Assembly: GCA_964347945.1 (NCBI GenBank)
Contig: CAYGAW010000186.1
Location: 13,865-77,864, forward strand
From: an uncultured Anaerolineales bacterium
GTDB lineage: Bacteria > Chloroflexota > Anaerolineae > UBA7937 > B3-Chlor
Direction: 5' to 3'
DNA length: 64,000 bases
The notes under the pieces are model-generated. The model saw only the letters and a list, made by a program, of their open reading frames with translations. It did no database searches and was not told the DNA's origin. The position numbers were made by a program, and so were the translations under genes. Shown here piece after piece: positions 1-9,515 of the stretch (positions within the stretch are counted from its first letter, which is position 1; every line of letters begins with the position of its first letter).

Positions 1-222
1 GCGCCCATTTCTATCTCCGTCAAACAGGCAGCCCAGGGGATGATCAAGAAGGGACAGGCCATCAGCGAAGGCTTGCTGAATATGGTGGAGATGGCTTTCC
101 GGGCTTATGACCCCTGCATGGGGTGCGCTACCCATACCTTGCCGGGACGGATGCCTCTGGAGGTGAGGATCTTGAACGATGGAGGCGAGGTGGTGCAGCG
201 CTTGAGTCAATTCATGAACTGA
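1..222 (+). CDS. [NiFe]-hydrogenase large subunit, C-terminal fragment (5' end outside window)
   Basis: Frame 1 is open from the window edge. It ends ...AFRAYDPCMGCATH plus a 28-aa tail. DPCxxCxxH is the C-terminal Ni-Fe ligand motif, cleaved after His by the maturation protease encoded next. The RAYDPCxxCxTH context resembles cytosolic group 3 enzymes (weak inference). Confidence 0.85.
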   Translation, partial: APISISVKQAAQGMIKKGQAISEGLLNMVEMAFRAYDPCMGCATHTLPGRMPLEVRILNDGGEVVQRLSQFMN

Positions 223-293
223 CTGAGGCCTCTCTGGAGTCACGACAAGGCTCTCTAGGTTGTGGGCAAACGCGGTCATCTTCGCGTCAGGGG

Positions 294-863
294 ATGCTCC
301 GCCGTGATCGGCAAGGCGGGAGAACATCGTTGAAGACGCTAGTCTTAGGGCTCGGCAATTCCATGTTGACCGACGATGCGGTCGGCTTCGCTGTTGTCGA
401 GGAGGTGAGAAAGCGGCTTGACAGTGCCGACGTTAGCGTGAGTACGGCTAGCGTGGGAGGGTTGAGCCTGCTGGAACTCATGGTGGGCTACGACAGCGTT
501 ATCATCGTTGACGCGATTCGCACCGGTCGGCGCGAGCCAGGTGCAATCCGTCGCCTTTCGCCTGACATGTTTCACGGGAGCGTGCGCGCTGCCTCGACAC
601 ACGACATCAGTCTGGCTACCGCGCTGGAGCTGGGTGATCAATTGGGCATGGATATCCCGAAACAAATCGTGATTCTTGGGATCGAGGCTGCGGATGTAGA
701 CACCTTCGGGGTACAGCTAACTCCTGCGGTAGCAAGGGCGGTGCCAGGAGCCGTGGACTGGGTTCTGAAGGAGCTTGCGACACAAGGCGATGGTAGTTCT
801 GCACCAGGGAGGATTGAGAACGGCCCTTCACCTTCAGAGCCTGCGATAGCTTTGGCGGACTAG
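294..863 (+). CDS. hydrogenase maturation endopeptidase (HyaD/HoxW family)
   Basis: LVLGLGNSMLTDDAVG ... VIIVDAI ... STHDISLATALELG are typical of this family, and the gene lies directly after the large subunit. ATG 294 is chosen because the ORF-track start at 123 overlaps the hydrogenase gene. Confidence 0.85.
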   Translation: MLRRDRQGGRTSLKTLVLGLGNSMLTDDAVGFAVVEEVRKRLDSADVSVSTASVGGLSLLELMVGYDSVIIVDAIRTGRREPGAIRRLSPDMFHGSVRAASTHDISLATALELGDQLGMDIPKQIVILGIEAADVDTFGVQLTPAVARAVPGAVDWVLKELATQGDGSSAPGRIENGPSPSEPAIALAD

Positions 864-869
864 TGAAGA

Positions 870-893
870 GAAGACGGGAGACGCCCTGTCTTC
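870..893. terminator. hairpin between convergent genes (possible bidirectional terminator)
   Basis: GAAGACGGG-agacg-CCCTGTCTTC imperfect stem between the stop at 863 (+) and the stop at 919 (-). No strong U tract. Confidence 0.3.
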
Positions 894-918
894 CGGTGGA
901 CTGCTGCGGGCGACACGG

Positions 919-1962
919 CTATTCTTGCCGTTGAACAACCTCTAGGAAGACCTCAACAACCTCAGGATCGAACTGCTTGCCCGCTTCTCGCCGCAGATGC
1001 GCTAGCACTTCTTCCCGGTCTATGGGAGGGCGGTATGGACGAGGCGAGGTCATGGCATCGAAGACGTCGGCCACACAGATGATCCTGGCCCCCAGTGGTA
1101 TCTGGTCACCCTTCAGGCCCTCAGGATATCCGGTTCCGTCGTAGTTTTCGTGTACATGCTTTATATAGGTGATTATATCCTGAAGAGGAGTGATGGGTTC
1201 CAAGATGCTAGCGGCGACCAGTGGATGTGACCTTATTTGCTTCCCCTCTTCCTCGGTTAGCCGGCCAGGCTTGTTTAGAACGCTCGTCTTGGTGCCTAGC
1301 TTGCCAATGTCGTGAAGGAGCGCAGCCAGGCGGATGTCTTCCACCTCCTTGTCCGGTAGGGAGAACTCCCCAGCAATGGCGATGGCATGGGCGGAAACCC
1401 GTCTGGAATGACCCTCTGTGTACTCGTCTTTGGCCTGCAACGTGAGGACTATACTCTCGATGGCACTGATAAAGAGTCGCTGCAACTCCTCATTCGCCTC
1501 CGCCAGCTCCCTGGTCCTCTCCTCTACCTTTCTCTCCAGATTCCTGTGGTATTGTTTCCTCTCTTGTAACAGACGGCGGTTCTCCAGAGCCCTTTGGACG
1601 CTGATGAGCACCTCTTCAAGGTGAAAGGGCTTGACCACGTAGTCAAACGCTCCCCCCTTCATAGCCTCGACAGCTACTTCTCTGTTATCGACGGCAGTCA
1701 CCATGATCACTGCTACGTCGTCGTCGTATTCCTTGATGCGTTTCAGCAACTCGATGCCGTCCATACCAGGCATCCTTATGTCGCACAAGGCGACGCCGCA
1801 AGGAAGTTGCGCCAGCTTTTCCAGAGCCTCGCCACCAGTCTCCGCCGTGACACAGGAATAGCCCATCTGGGACAGGTATCGCTCCAGGATGGAGTGGACC
1901 AATGGCTCGTCGTCTACCACCAGGACTCTGTCGTTCGCTTGCTGGTTCGCGTCGCTGCTCAT
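919..1962 (-). CDS. response regulator with HD-GYP output domain
   Basis: N-terminal receiver (VLVVDDEP ... CDIRMPGMDG) and C-terminal HD-GYP (HDIGK, HENYDGTGYPEGL). Confidence 0.9.
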   Translation of the reverse strand: MSSDANQQANDRVLVVDDEPLVHSILERYLSQMGYSCVTAETGGEALEKLAQLPCGVALCDIRMPGMDGIELLKRIKEYDDDVAVIMVTAVDNREVAVEAMKGGAFDYVVKPFHLEEVLISVQRALENRRLLQERKQYHRNLERKVEERTRELAEANEELQRLFISAIESIVLTLQAKDEYTEGHSRRVSAHAIAIAGEFSLPDKEVEDIRLAALLHDIGKLGTKTSVLNKPGRLTEEEGKQIRSHPLVAASILEPITPLQDIITYIKHVHENYDGTGYPEGLKGDQIPLGARIICVADVFDAMTSPRPYRPPIDREEVLAHLRREAGKQFDPEVVEVFLEVVQRQE

Positions 1963-2003
1963 CGATCACCAGGGGAATCGTTCTATCCGTGCAGATCGCC
2001 AGT

Positions 2004-2032
2004 ATGGTACTCCAAGACTGGCATATTGTCAA
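2004..2032 (-). promoter_or_regulatory. sigma70-like promoter for the HD-GYP regulator
   Basis: On the minus strand: TTGACA (2032-2027), 17 nt, TACCAT (2009-2004). Confidence 0.45.
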
Positions 2033-2040
2033 CACTGTGA

Positions 2041-2069
2041 TTGACAACCTGTGCTGAAGGAAGTAGAAT
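2041..2069 (+). promoter_or_regulatory. sigma70-like promoter for the DUF4446 gene
   Basis: TTGACA (2041-2046), 17 nt, TAGAAT (2064-2069). Confidence 0.5.
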
Positions 2070-2116
2070 GCGCAACATGCTGTCGGACAGCCTACGAGCA
2101 GTGAGGTAGAGGAGAA

Positions 2117-2614
2117 GTGGAAACTCTGTTAGTGATCTACCAGAAGTATGGTCTTCAATTGTGGTGCCTTCTGCTCCTGCTAATCATCGCCATGGGCTTG
2201 TGGCTGGTGCTGGTGTATAGACAGATCCAAAGGCTGCGCCACCGGTACGCGGCGTTGGTGACCAGCGGTGACGGAAAGGAGCTGGGAGAGCTGCTCAACA
2301 TGTATGTGGAGCAGATGGGTCTCGCAGCCTCCAAAGCCGATCAGCTCACAGAGACATCGGAGGAGCTGGGGAAGAGACTGACGAGCAGTATACGAAGGTT
2401 GGGCCTGGTGCGTTTCAACGCCTTCGAAGGCACAGGCGGTGAACAGAGTTTCGCGCTGGCTCTCCTTGATGATGGGGGCAATGGCGTGGTTCTCAGTTCC
2501 CTCCAAGGACGTACGGAAAGCCGCCTCTACGCCAAGCGCGTGAGGGAGTGGGATTCAACCCACAGCCTCTCGGTCGAGGAGCAGGACGCCATAGGCCAGG
2601 CCCGCCAGAGCTAG
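2117..2614 (+). CDS. DUF4446 family membrane-anchored protein
   Basis: N-terminal TM helix, then LGLVRFNAFEGTGGEQSFALALLDDGGNGVVLSSLQGRTESRLYAK, which matches my recollection of the DUF4446 core. Confidence 0.75.
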   Translation: METLLVIYQKYGLQLWCLLLLLIIAMGLWLVLVYRQIQRLRHRYAALVTSGDGKELGELLNMYVEQMGLAASKADQLTETSEELGKRLTSSIRRLGLVRFNAFEGTGGEQSFALALLDDGGNGVVLSSLQGRTESRLYAKRVREWDSTHSLSVEEQDAIGQARQS

Positions 2615-2615
2615 G

Positions 2616-2644
2616 TTGACAGGGAGCCTCAGCTGTAGTATATT
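2616..2644 (+). promoter_or_regulatory. sigma70-like promoter for the M23 peptidase/bactofilin pair
   Basis: TTGACA (2616-2621), 17 nt, TATATT (2639-2644). Confidence 0.55.
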
Positions 2645-2755
2645 CTACGTTAATTTGTGTCGCCCGCGTGGATATCTGCGTGGAGACACTTGGGCCGACG
2701 ACGAGGAGACCTTGGCGTACTCGGCCGTAAATCAGATTGAAGGAGATGGTTCGTA

Positions 2756-3775
2756 GTGGCGCGGAAGAGAGAGACGCATTCTCTCACTCTGATGATCGTG
2801 CCTCATTCTCAGCGTCCTCCTTTGAGCTTTCGCATACCCCTGTGGGTCATCCCGACTACGATTGTCCTCGTGTTGGTGCTGGTATTTGGCTTCGCCTATC
2901 TCGCCGCGAACAATCGGAGCCTTAGTGCGCAAGTGAGCGAGTTGCACCGGGAGCAGGCGGTGTACCAAGCGCGGGATCGGGAAATGCGGCTGACCATCCT
3001 GGCACAGCAAGAGGAGGTCACGAGTCTGTCTGAGGCCGTGGACAGATTCAGAGTGGGTATGCTGGAGGTGGAGAATCTCTCTCGCCAGATACGACGGCTC
3101 ATAGGTCTGGAGGACGTGGTGATCACGGCCACGGCCACAGTGGCCCCGACCTCGTATCACATGGGAGGAGGCCAGGGGGGTTCGGAGCCCGGTGATTACA
3201 GCATGTCGCTGGCGCTCGAAGCAGGCAGGGGAGTTGAGGCGATGCAGGCGGTGCTCCCTGAGAGCACACAGGAGTTGAATCTGTTGCTAGATGCCTTGAC
3301 TGCGAGAGTGGAGAGGATCGCTCCAGAGAAGCGGGATGATCCTGAGGAACTGGAGCGTCAGTTGCGGCTTCTAGCCGCTGCGCCGAAGCTGTGGCCGATG
3401 GAGGGAGAGATCAGCTCGGGGTTCGGGTATCGAGTGATCCCTTCCGCAGGCTACCTGGAGTTTCACCAAGGACTAGACATTGGTGCCTGGTATGGTACCT
3501 CAGTACGGGCCACGAAGGCCGGAAAGGTCGTCTTCGCTGGTTGGAGGCCGGGCCTTGGGTGGACCATCGTGCTGGAGCACGAGCTGGGCTTCTCCACTGT
3601 TTACGGTCACAACTCGTGGTACTTCGTGGATCCAGGAGACGTGGTGGAGGAGGGGCAGAAGATTGCTCTATCCGGCGACTCAGGCAGGAGTACGGGTCCT
3701 CATCTGCATTATGAAATACGCCTCAACGACGTTCCAAAGGATCCCTTAATCTACCTGAGTTTGAACGAGCATTGA
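2756..3775 (+). CDS. M23 family metallopeptidase (membrane anchored, coiled-coil linker)
   Basis: HQGLDIGAWYGTSVRATKAGKVVFAG ... GHNS ... GDSGRSTGPHLHYEIR (HxxxD / HxH LytM-type motifs). GTG start 11 nt after GGAG. ATG 2792 is an alternative start. Confidence 0.9.
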   Translation: MARKRETHSLTLMIVPHSQRPPLSFRIPLWVIPTTIVLVLVLVFGFAYLAANNRSLSAQVSELHREQAVYQARDREMRLTILAQQEEVTSLSEAVDRFRVGMLEVENLSRQIRRLIGLEDVVITATATVAPTSYHMGGGQGGSEPGDYSMSLALEAGRGVEAMQAVLPESTQELNLLLDALTARVERIAPEKRDDPEELERQLRLLAAAPKLWPMEGEISSGFGYRVIPSAGYLEFHQGLDIGAWYGTSVRATKAGKVVFAGWRPGLGWTIVLEHELGFSTVYGHNSWYFVDPGDVVEEGQKIALSGDSGRSTGPHLHYEIRLNDVPKDPLIYLSLNEH

Positions 3776-3833
3776 TCACCTCGGATGATTTGTGAGTGAT
3801 GGTTGTCACCCAACGGCTAAGGAGGGTTAGACT

Positions 3834-4277
3834 TTGGTCGATGTGATAGATAGTCCAGCCAGCGATAGAATTGAGAATGTTATCGGGCCCACCGCCACCT
3901 TCATCGGCGAACTAAAATGCGATGGAGGGGTGCGCGTAGACGGAGTCTTCCAGGGGACCCTGGAGACTATGGGCAACATCATCATCGGTGAAACGGCTAA
4001 GGTAGCAGCTGACATCGTAGGCCGCAACATCTCGATATCGGGAGCAGTGAAGGGTAACATCAACGCAATGGGGCGGCTGGAGATACTGTCCACAGGCATC
4101 GTGTGGGGCGACATAGAAGTTGCGTCGTTCCTGATAGATGAGGGAGGGGTCTTCAGCGGCAGGAGCGAGATGCCGGTGGAGTTCGAGCCGCTGCTGCTAG
4201 CTGGCGAGAAGGAACCGCAGAGGCTCACAGAAGGCCGAGATGACGAGCATGAAGGCGAGGACGTCGCCATTACTTGA
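3834..4277 (+). CDS. bactofilin (polymer-forming cytoskeletal protein)
   Basis: Repetitive beta-helix pattern GELKCDGGVRVDGVFQGTLETMGNIIIGETAKVAADIVGRNISISGAVKGNINAMGRLEI. TTG start 8 nt after AAGGAGGG. Confidence 0.85.
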   Translation: MVDVIDSPASDRIENVIGPTATFIGELKCDGGVRVDGVFQGTLETMGNIIIGETAKVAADIVGRNISISGAVKGNINAMGRLEILSTGIVWGDIEVASFLIDEGGVFSGRSEMPVEFEPLLLAGEKEPQRLTEGRDDEHEGEDVAIT

Positions 4278-4296
4278 GGGCGAAAGTTTGAGGGTG

Positions 4297-4327
4297 AAGG
4301 GCCAGCCCGATGTGGCTGGCCCTTTTT
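4297..4327 (+). terminator. rho-independent terminator after bactofilin
   Basis: AAGGGCCAGCC-cgatgt-GGCTGGCCCTT followed by TTTG. Confidence 0.6.
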
Positions 4328-4337
4328 GCTACTTCCG

Positions 4338-5018
4338 TCAGCATTCGTTGGCGATGCGCTGCAGGCCGTCGGGGTCCAGAATCTCTATCCTTTTGCGGCC
4401 GGTTTCCAGCAGCCCGTCGGCCTTGAACCTGCTCAATGTCTGAGTGGTGGTCTCTCGATGTGTGCCGATGTCGTCAGCCAGATTCTGATGGGTCAGTCCT
4501 CTGATCGTGGTGCCCTGCTCTCTCATGAGGCGGAGCAAGAGGGAGGCTAGTCTGCCGGCGACTGTCTTAAAGGCCATGTCCTCCAACCGCGCCTCGACTT
4601 CCAGAAGGCGTCTGCTAATCACTTCGAGAATGCGTAGCGCCACCCGAGGCTTCTCAAGGAGCAACTCTTCCAGATCAGCGCGGTCCATCTTGCATACCGC
4701 GCACTGTTCAGTCGCTTCGGCGAAGCTATCGTACATCCCTTGCCCTATCAGTGACATCTCGCCAAAGATGGTGCCTGGACCCAGAGTGTTGGTCACGATC
4801 TTTCTTCCATCGGGGGAGATGCGGTACAGCTGCACCTTGCCTTCTTTGAGGATGAACAGGGCCTCTCCAGCATCCTCGGGAGCATAGAAGATCTTGCCAG
4901 CGGCACAGGGGATCGTGGTGATGGAGCTTTCAAGGGCTTCGAGTTCCTGGTCGGTCAGATCCTGAAAGATGTCCACCGTCTTCAAGTATCCGACCTTCGT
5001 TCTCACACTCAAGGGCAT
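4338..5018 (-). CDS. Crp/Fnr family transcriptional regulator
   Basis: cNMP-binding fold (FILKEGKVQLYRISPDGRK...GPGTIFGE) plus C-terminal HTH (THQNLADDIGTHRETTTQTLSRFKADGLL). No FNR-type N-terminal Cys cluster. Confidence 0.9.
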   Translation of the reverse strand: MPLSVRTKVGYLKTVDIFQDLTDQELEALESSITTIPCAAGKIFYAPEDAGEALFILKEGKVQLYRISPDGRKIVTNTLGPGTIFGEMSLIGQGMYDSFAEATEQCAVCKMDRADLEELLLEKPRVALRILEVISRRLLEVEARLEDMAFKTVAGRLASLLLRLMREQGTTIRGLTHQNLADDIGTHRETTTQTLSRFKADGLLETGRKRIEILDPDGLQRIANEC

Positions 5019-5222
5019 GCTCTGCGCTCCTCCCCCCGCTTGTGCGTGGCATCCACAGACCGGCGAGGCGCATCAGATTATACATAGTTTCCGCGACGGC
5101 AAGCAAGATATGCCGGAACTGCAAGCTTGCTGGTTCTGACCTGGGACAGGTCCGGTTGCGGACTGCCTGGCAGACCAGCTATAATCCTGCGTGAAAATCA
5201 GTCCCAAAGGAGACCCGATACG

Positions 5223-6065
5223 ATGGACCCCGTAGCCTTCAGACTGCCTATTCTGGGCATACCGATATACTGGTATGGCATCATAGTTGTGTCTTGCATA
5301 CTGATCGGCTCCTATGTGGCGTCTCTTGAGGCCAGGAGACGGGGACAGAACCCTGATCACATATGGAATGGGCTGATTCTGGTCATCGTCTTTGGGCTGG
5401 TAGGTGCGCGCCTGTACCATGTCATATCCAGCCCCCAGGGTCTGGTTCGCGGTTTCGAATACTACCGTCAACATCCGGTCGAGATTTTCATGATCTGGCA
5501 GGGGGGCCTGGGGCTGTTCGGTATGGTGGCTGGAGGCGTACTGGCCATATTCCTGTATGCCTGGTGGCAGAAGCTGGATTTCCTGGTGTGGTTGGATATC
5601 GCAGCACCCGCGCTCTCTCTAGGACAGGCCATCGGGCGGTGGGGGAACTTCTTCAACCAGGAGTTGTATGGGTACCCCACGACTGTGCCCTGGGGAATCC
5701 CTATCGGCTTGCCATATCGGCTTCCACAGTTTGTCAACCTGCCCGAGACGACGCGCTTCCACCCTACCTTTCTCTATGAATCGATCTGGAACTTCCTGGT
5801 GTTTCTAATACTGATGATCGTACCACGGCGCTACGAGGATCGCTTGCTGAAAGGCGACGTATTCTTGTTGTGGTGCATCCTCTATCCACTAGGCCGGATC
5901 CTTGTAGAATTCCAACGCCCGGACGCGTGGATGCTGGGACCCATCGCCGCGGCGCAGGCCGTGTCTCTTGGCGCCATCATCATCGCTGCCTCGATAATGG
6001 TCTACCGTCATCGGTTTCGGAAGCCAGCTCTGGAGCGAGAGACTGTGGCTAGTGAAGTCGAGTGA
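5223..6065 (+). CDS. lgt: prolipoprotein diacylglyceryl transferase
   Basis: IPIYWYGIIV..., GARLYHV, GGLGLFG, GQAIGRWGNFFNQELYG are Lgt signature stretches. ATG 5223 is chosen over the upstream ORF-track start. Confidence 0.9.
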   Translation: MDPVAFRLPILGIPIYWYGIIVVSCILIGSYVASLEARRRGQNPDHIWNGLILVIVFGLVGARLYHVISSPQGLVRGFEYYRQHPVEIFMIWQGGLGLFGMVAGGVLAIFLYAWWQKLDFLVWLDIAAPALSLGQAIGRWGNFFNQELYGYPTTVPWGIPIGLPYRLPQFVNLPETTRFHPTFLYESIWNFLVFLILMIVPRRYEDRLLKGDVFLLWCILYPLGRILVEFQRPDAWMLGPIAAAQAVSLGAIIIAASIMVYRHRFRKPALERETVASEVE

Positions 6066-6149
6066 ACCCTTGGGTCCTCGACAGCAGGTCGCACAGGGTG
6101 CGGGTCGCAGGCTTGCTCCTAGCTGCCGCTGCCTGAAGAGGGGAACAGG

Positions 6150-8129
6150 TTGTTCGGACCGACATTGAAGAAGATAGAGGAACGATTGTCCGGCCACATA
6201 GCCAAAGGTTATGTGGCCGATATAGTTCATCATCATCGTATTCAGGCTAGTCCCGGGTTTCGTCGCGCAGCCGAGTACTGCCAGGAGCGTTTTCGGGAAT
6301 ATGGGCTGGAGGCGGAACTCCTCGGCTTCCCCGCCAGGGAAGGGATGACTTGGTGGGCAATGCCCATGTTTCAAGAGTGGGAGGCCACCGAAGGCCTACT
6401 TCACCTCGTAGAGCCACAGGAAGCCGCCAGAAAGCTGGCTGACTATGGCGAACTGAGGATGAGTCTCATTCAACGCAGTGAGTCCTTCGACGGGGAAGCC
6501 GAAGTGGTGTTGTTGGAGGACGGCGAAGAGTGGGACGAGTATGAGGGGCTGGATCTGAAGGGCAAGGTGGTGCTGACCAGAGGTGACAAGGATCGCGTGC
6601 ACTATCTGGCTGTAGAGAAACACGGTGCGGCGGGCATCATCTTCGACGGGATGAAGGAACTGACCGGGCTACGTCACACCATGGATCTCCCTGATGCTCT
6701 ACAGTACACCTCTTTCTGGTGGTACGGAGGGGAGAGGAAGTGCTTTGGCTTCGTCCTGTCGCCAAAGGAGGGATCGCGCTTGCGCTCCCTGATCAAGCAG
6801 AGGGAACGGGAGGGGAAGCCGCCGGTCAGGGTACGGGCCAAGGTGACCAGCAGGTCTTGGGATGGCGAATTGAACGTGGTATCGGCTGTGATCCACGGCC
6901 GGACTGACGACGAAGTGGTTGTGGTCGCCCATCTATGTCATCCCCAGTGGTCGGCCAACGACAACGCCTCCGGGGCAGCCACAGTTCTGGAAGTGGCTCG
7001 CACGCTTCAAGGGTTGATCTCGGAGGGCCGACTGGACAAGCCGCATCGAGGCATCAGATTTCTCCTGGTGCCGGAGATCTATGGCACTCAGGCCTACCTC
7101 GCGAGCCGCGAGGATGAGATCCCTCGCATGATCACAGGTCTCAACCTGGACATGGTGGGCGAGAATCAGGATCTGTGTGGCAGTTCTCTGCTGGTGGAGC
7201 GCCTGCCCGGGCCCGCGGCCAGTTTCGGGGATGATCTGGTGGAGAGCTTGTTGGAGGAGATGATCGGGGAAACTGGTAGCTTCTCAGGGCTGGGGAGCTA
7301 CGCCACCTTCAGACATGCAGTCACACCATTCTCTGGCGGGAGTGACCACTACATCCTATCCGATCCCAGCGTGGGTATTCCGTGCCCCATGATCATCCAG
7401 TGGCCGGACAAGTTCTACCACACGAGTACGGATACGCTGGACAAGGTGGATCCGACCATGCTGGCACGGGTGGGGACCATCGCCGCGACCTATGCGTGTT
7501 TCTTGGCCAACGCGGGCGATAGAGAGGTCGCTTGGCTGGGACAGGAGATGGTTTCCCGTTTCAAGACGCGCGTTCTGGCCGTGATCCGGGAAGGGGTCAA
7601 GTCGGCCATGGTTGGCGAGGACTCACCGCGGGACAGAGAGTTGATGTACAAACGGGTGCGCTTCCTGGCGGAGCGCCACCACGCAGCTCTGAACTCACTA
7701 CGACGCCTCGCTGAAGTCGATGTGACTACTTGGCAGAAGGAAGCCCTGGCCTTCGCCGAAGCAGAGCTTGCGAGGGTTGAGGAGCTGATCCCCCACCCTC
7801 GTGGCAGGCCGCCCCAAGGTACCGCAGAAAGAGAAGCTGGTCAAATGGTTCCGCGTCGGCTCCATCGAGGCCCCCTCGACCTGAAGGACTATCTGAACAG
7901 GATGAACGAGGAGGATTGGGAGGCTTGGTGGCGCATCTACAAGGAACGCCCAGAGGCCACCTGGCTATACCCGCCCTTACTCCTGTACTGGGCCGACGGA
8001 CAGCGAAATGTGCAGGAAATCAGCGATCTGATACAGCTGGAGACGGGGAAGAGGGTGACGGAGATACTGGTCACTTTCTGTCGAATCTGGGAGCACCTGG
8101 GACTGCTTGAGCTTCAGCGTGCGAGCTAA
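6150..8129 (+). CDS. M28-like aminopeptidase-domain protein (DUF4910-like)
   Basis: VVVAHLCHPQWSANDNASGAATVLEVARTL and GGSDHYILSDPSVGIP resemble M28/DUF4910 metal-binding segments. TTG start. Confidence 0.75.
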   Translation: MFGPTLKKIEERLSGHIAKGYVADIVHHHRIQASPGFRRAAEYCQERFREYGLEAELLGFPAREGMTWWAMPMFQEWEATEGLLHLVEPQEAARKLADYGELRMSLIQRSESFDGEAEVVLLEDGEEWDEYEGLDLKGKVVLTRGDKDRVHYLAVEKHGAAGIIFDGMKELTGLRHTMDLPDALQYTSFWWYGGERKCFGFVLSPKEGSRLRSLIKQREREGKPPVRVRAKVTSRSWDGELNVVSAVIHGRTDDEVVVVAHLCHPQWSANDNASGAATVLEVARTLQGLISEGRLDKPHRGIRFLLVPEIYGTQAYLASREDEIPRMITGLNLDMVGENQDLCGSSLLVERLPGPAASFGDDLVESLLEEMIGETGSFSGLGSYATFRHAVTPFSGGSDHYILSDPSVGIPCPMIIQWPDKFYHTSTDTLDKVDPTMLARVGTIAATYACFLANAGDREVAWLGQEMVSRFKTRVLAVIREGVKSAMVGEDSPRDRELMYKRVRFLAERHHAALNSLRRLAEVDVTTWQKEALAFAEAELARVEELIPHPRGRPPQGTAEREAGQMVPRRLHRGPLDLKDYLNRMNEEDWEAWWRIYKERPEATWLYPPLLLYWADGQRNVQEISDLIQLETGKRVTEILVTFCRIWEHLGLLELQRAS

Positions 8130-8144
8130 TAACCGGTCGACGAA

Positions 8145-9515
8145 TCAAAGCGGCAGCGTGAGGGAGAAGGTAGCTCCCCTGCCAGCCTCGCTCTCGGCCC
8201 AGACCCTCCCCGCGTGCGCTTCCACGAGTTGCTTGACGATGGTGAGGCCCAAGCCAGCGCCCCCCGTCGCTCGCGCACGTGCTTTGTCCCCTCGGTAGAA
8301 GCGCTCGAAGACTAACGACAGTTCCTCGTCGCTCAACCCTGGGCCCTGATCGGTGACATCGACCTGCACAGTCCCTTCCTGTTCCCTGGCCTTCACAGTG
8401 ACGGTGCAGCCCTCTGGGCTGTGTCGTAGGGCGTTGTCCAGCAAGTTGAACAAAACCTGGCCGATACGCTGAGGGTCCACGCTGACCAAGGGCAGATCAT
8501 CGGGCAGGTCCTTGACGATGGGCAGGTTGTCCCTCTCGGCTTGCGGACTCACACTCCTCACTGTGCGCTCGATCAGCGCTCCCAGATCTGTGGACTCCGG
8601 TTCGATTCTCAGCTGACCGGCTTCGGCTAACGCCAATTCCTGCAAGTCATCCACCAACCGAGACAGAAGCACGGTTTCCTTGTGGATGGAGGCGATGTTC
8701 TCGTTTGACGGCTCGAATACTCCATCTAGGATGCCTTCCAGGTTGCCGCGCATCACGGACAACGGGGTGCGCAGTTCATGAGCTATGTCGGCGACCATCT
8801 TCTGGCGCAGCTTCTCAGCTCGATCTAGGCTCTCCGCCATGTCGTCGAATGCGTGGCCCAGCTGGCCAAGTTCGTCCCCAGACCTGATGTCCACTCGTTG
8901 ACTCAGGTCGCCACCCGCGATAGCCTGCGCAGCGGCGGTTAGTTTGCGCAGTGGGCCCGTCAACTGCCAGGTGACGAAGAGCCCGAGGGCGATGGCTACG
9001 GCACAAGCAAGGATAGCAACCGGGACGATGATCAAGCTCACTTGCCTCAGAAACGCTTCTTCGGGTTCGCTGAAGCTCCGCAGCTGAGGGTTGCGCAGCA
9101 GGAAGCCGACGCTATCCCCTTCGACCTCGATGGGCGTGGCCGTGGCCAGTTCGTCTGGCGAGAGTTGGCGTCCAATCTCGCCTGCAGGTGATCCGGCTAT
9201 GACGACCCCATTTTGGTCGGCTAACTGGAAGGACCACGGTCGACCGGGAACTGGACCCATCCCGTGGCCCATGGGGCCGCGCAGCCAGAAGAATCGTAGG
9301 TCCAAGTCCTCCCAGCTGCCTTCGCTAGCATAATAGGTGGTCAGAGCCACGGCTAGGTCGTCCCTCTCGGCCGCTCGGTTGGTCTGGACGAGCCTGCGAA
9401 AGCTGTTCGCCGTCACCAGGCTGGGTATGAGAATTGACAAGCCGACCGCTATCAACGTGACGAGGACGAGAGCGGCTGTCAGTTTGAACCAAAGACTCCT
9501 TACCAGACTACTCAT
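8145..9515 (-). CDS. sensor histidine kinase (TM-periplasmic-TM-HAMP-HisKA-HATPase)
   Basis: H-box ADIAHELRTPLSVMRGNLE, plus N and G boxes (LLDNALRHSP, DQGPGL, GGAGLGLTIVK). Overlaps the upstream regulator gene by 8 nt. Confidence 0.9.
   Translation of the reverse strand: MSSLVRSLWFKLTAALVLVTLIAVGLSILIPSLVTANSFRRLVQTNRAAERDDLAVALTTYYASEGSWEDLDLRFFWLRGPMGHGMGPVPGRPWSFQLADQNGVVIAGSPAGEIGRQLSPDELATATPIEVEGDSVGFLLRNPQLRSFSEPEEAFLRQVSLIIVPVAILACAVAIALGLFVTWQLTGPLRKLTAAAQAIAGGDLSQRVDIRSGDELGQLGHAFDDMAESLDRAEKLRQKMVADIAHELRTPLSVMRGNLEGILDGVFEPSNENIASIHKETVLLSRLVDDLQELALAEAGQLRIEPESTDLGALIERTVRSVSPQAERDNLPIVKDLPDDLPLVSVDPQRIGQVLFNLLDNALRHSPEGCTVTVKAREQEGTVQVDVTDQGPGLSDEELSLVFERFYRGDKARARATGGAGLGLTIVKQLVEAHAGRVWAESEAGRGATFSLTLPL

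Noticed and set aside
123-293. N-terminal extension of the hydrogenase protease ORF.
   Set aside because: It overlaps the hydrogenase large-subunit C-terminus and lacks homology. The family-typical LVLGLGN motif begins shortly after ATG 294.
4338-5018. The Crp-family regulator might be the CO sensor CooA for the CODH operon.
   Set aside because: It lies about 57 kb from cooFS, and I could not identify any haem-ligand signature from the sequence. There is no basis for the link.
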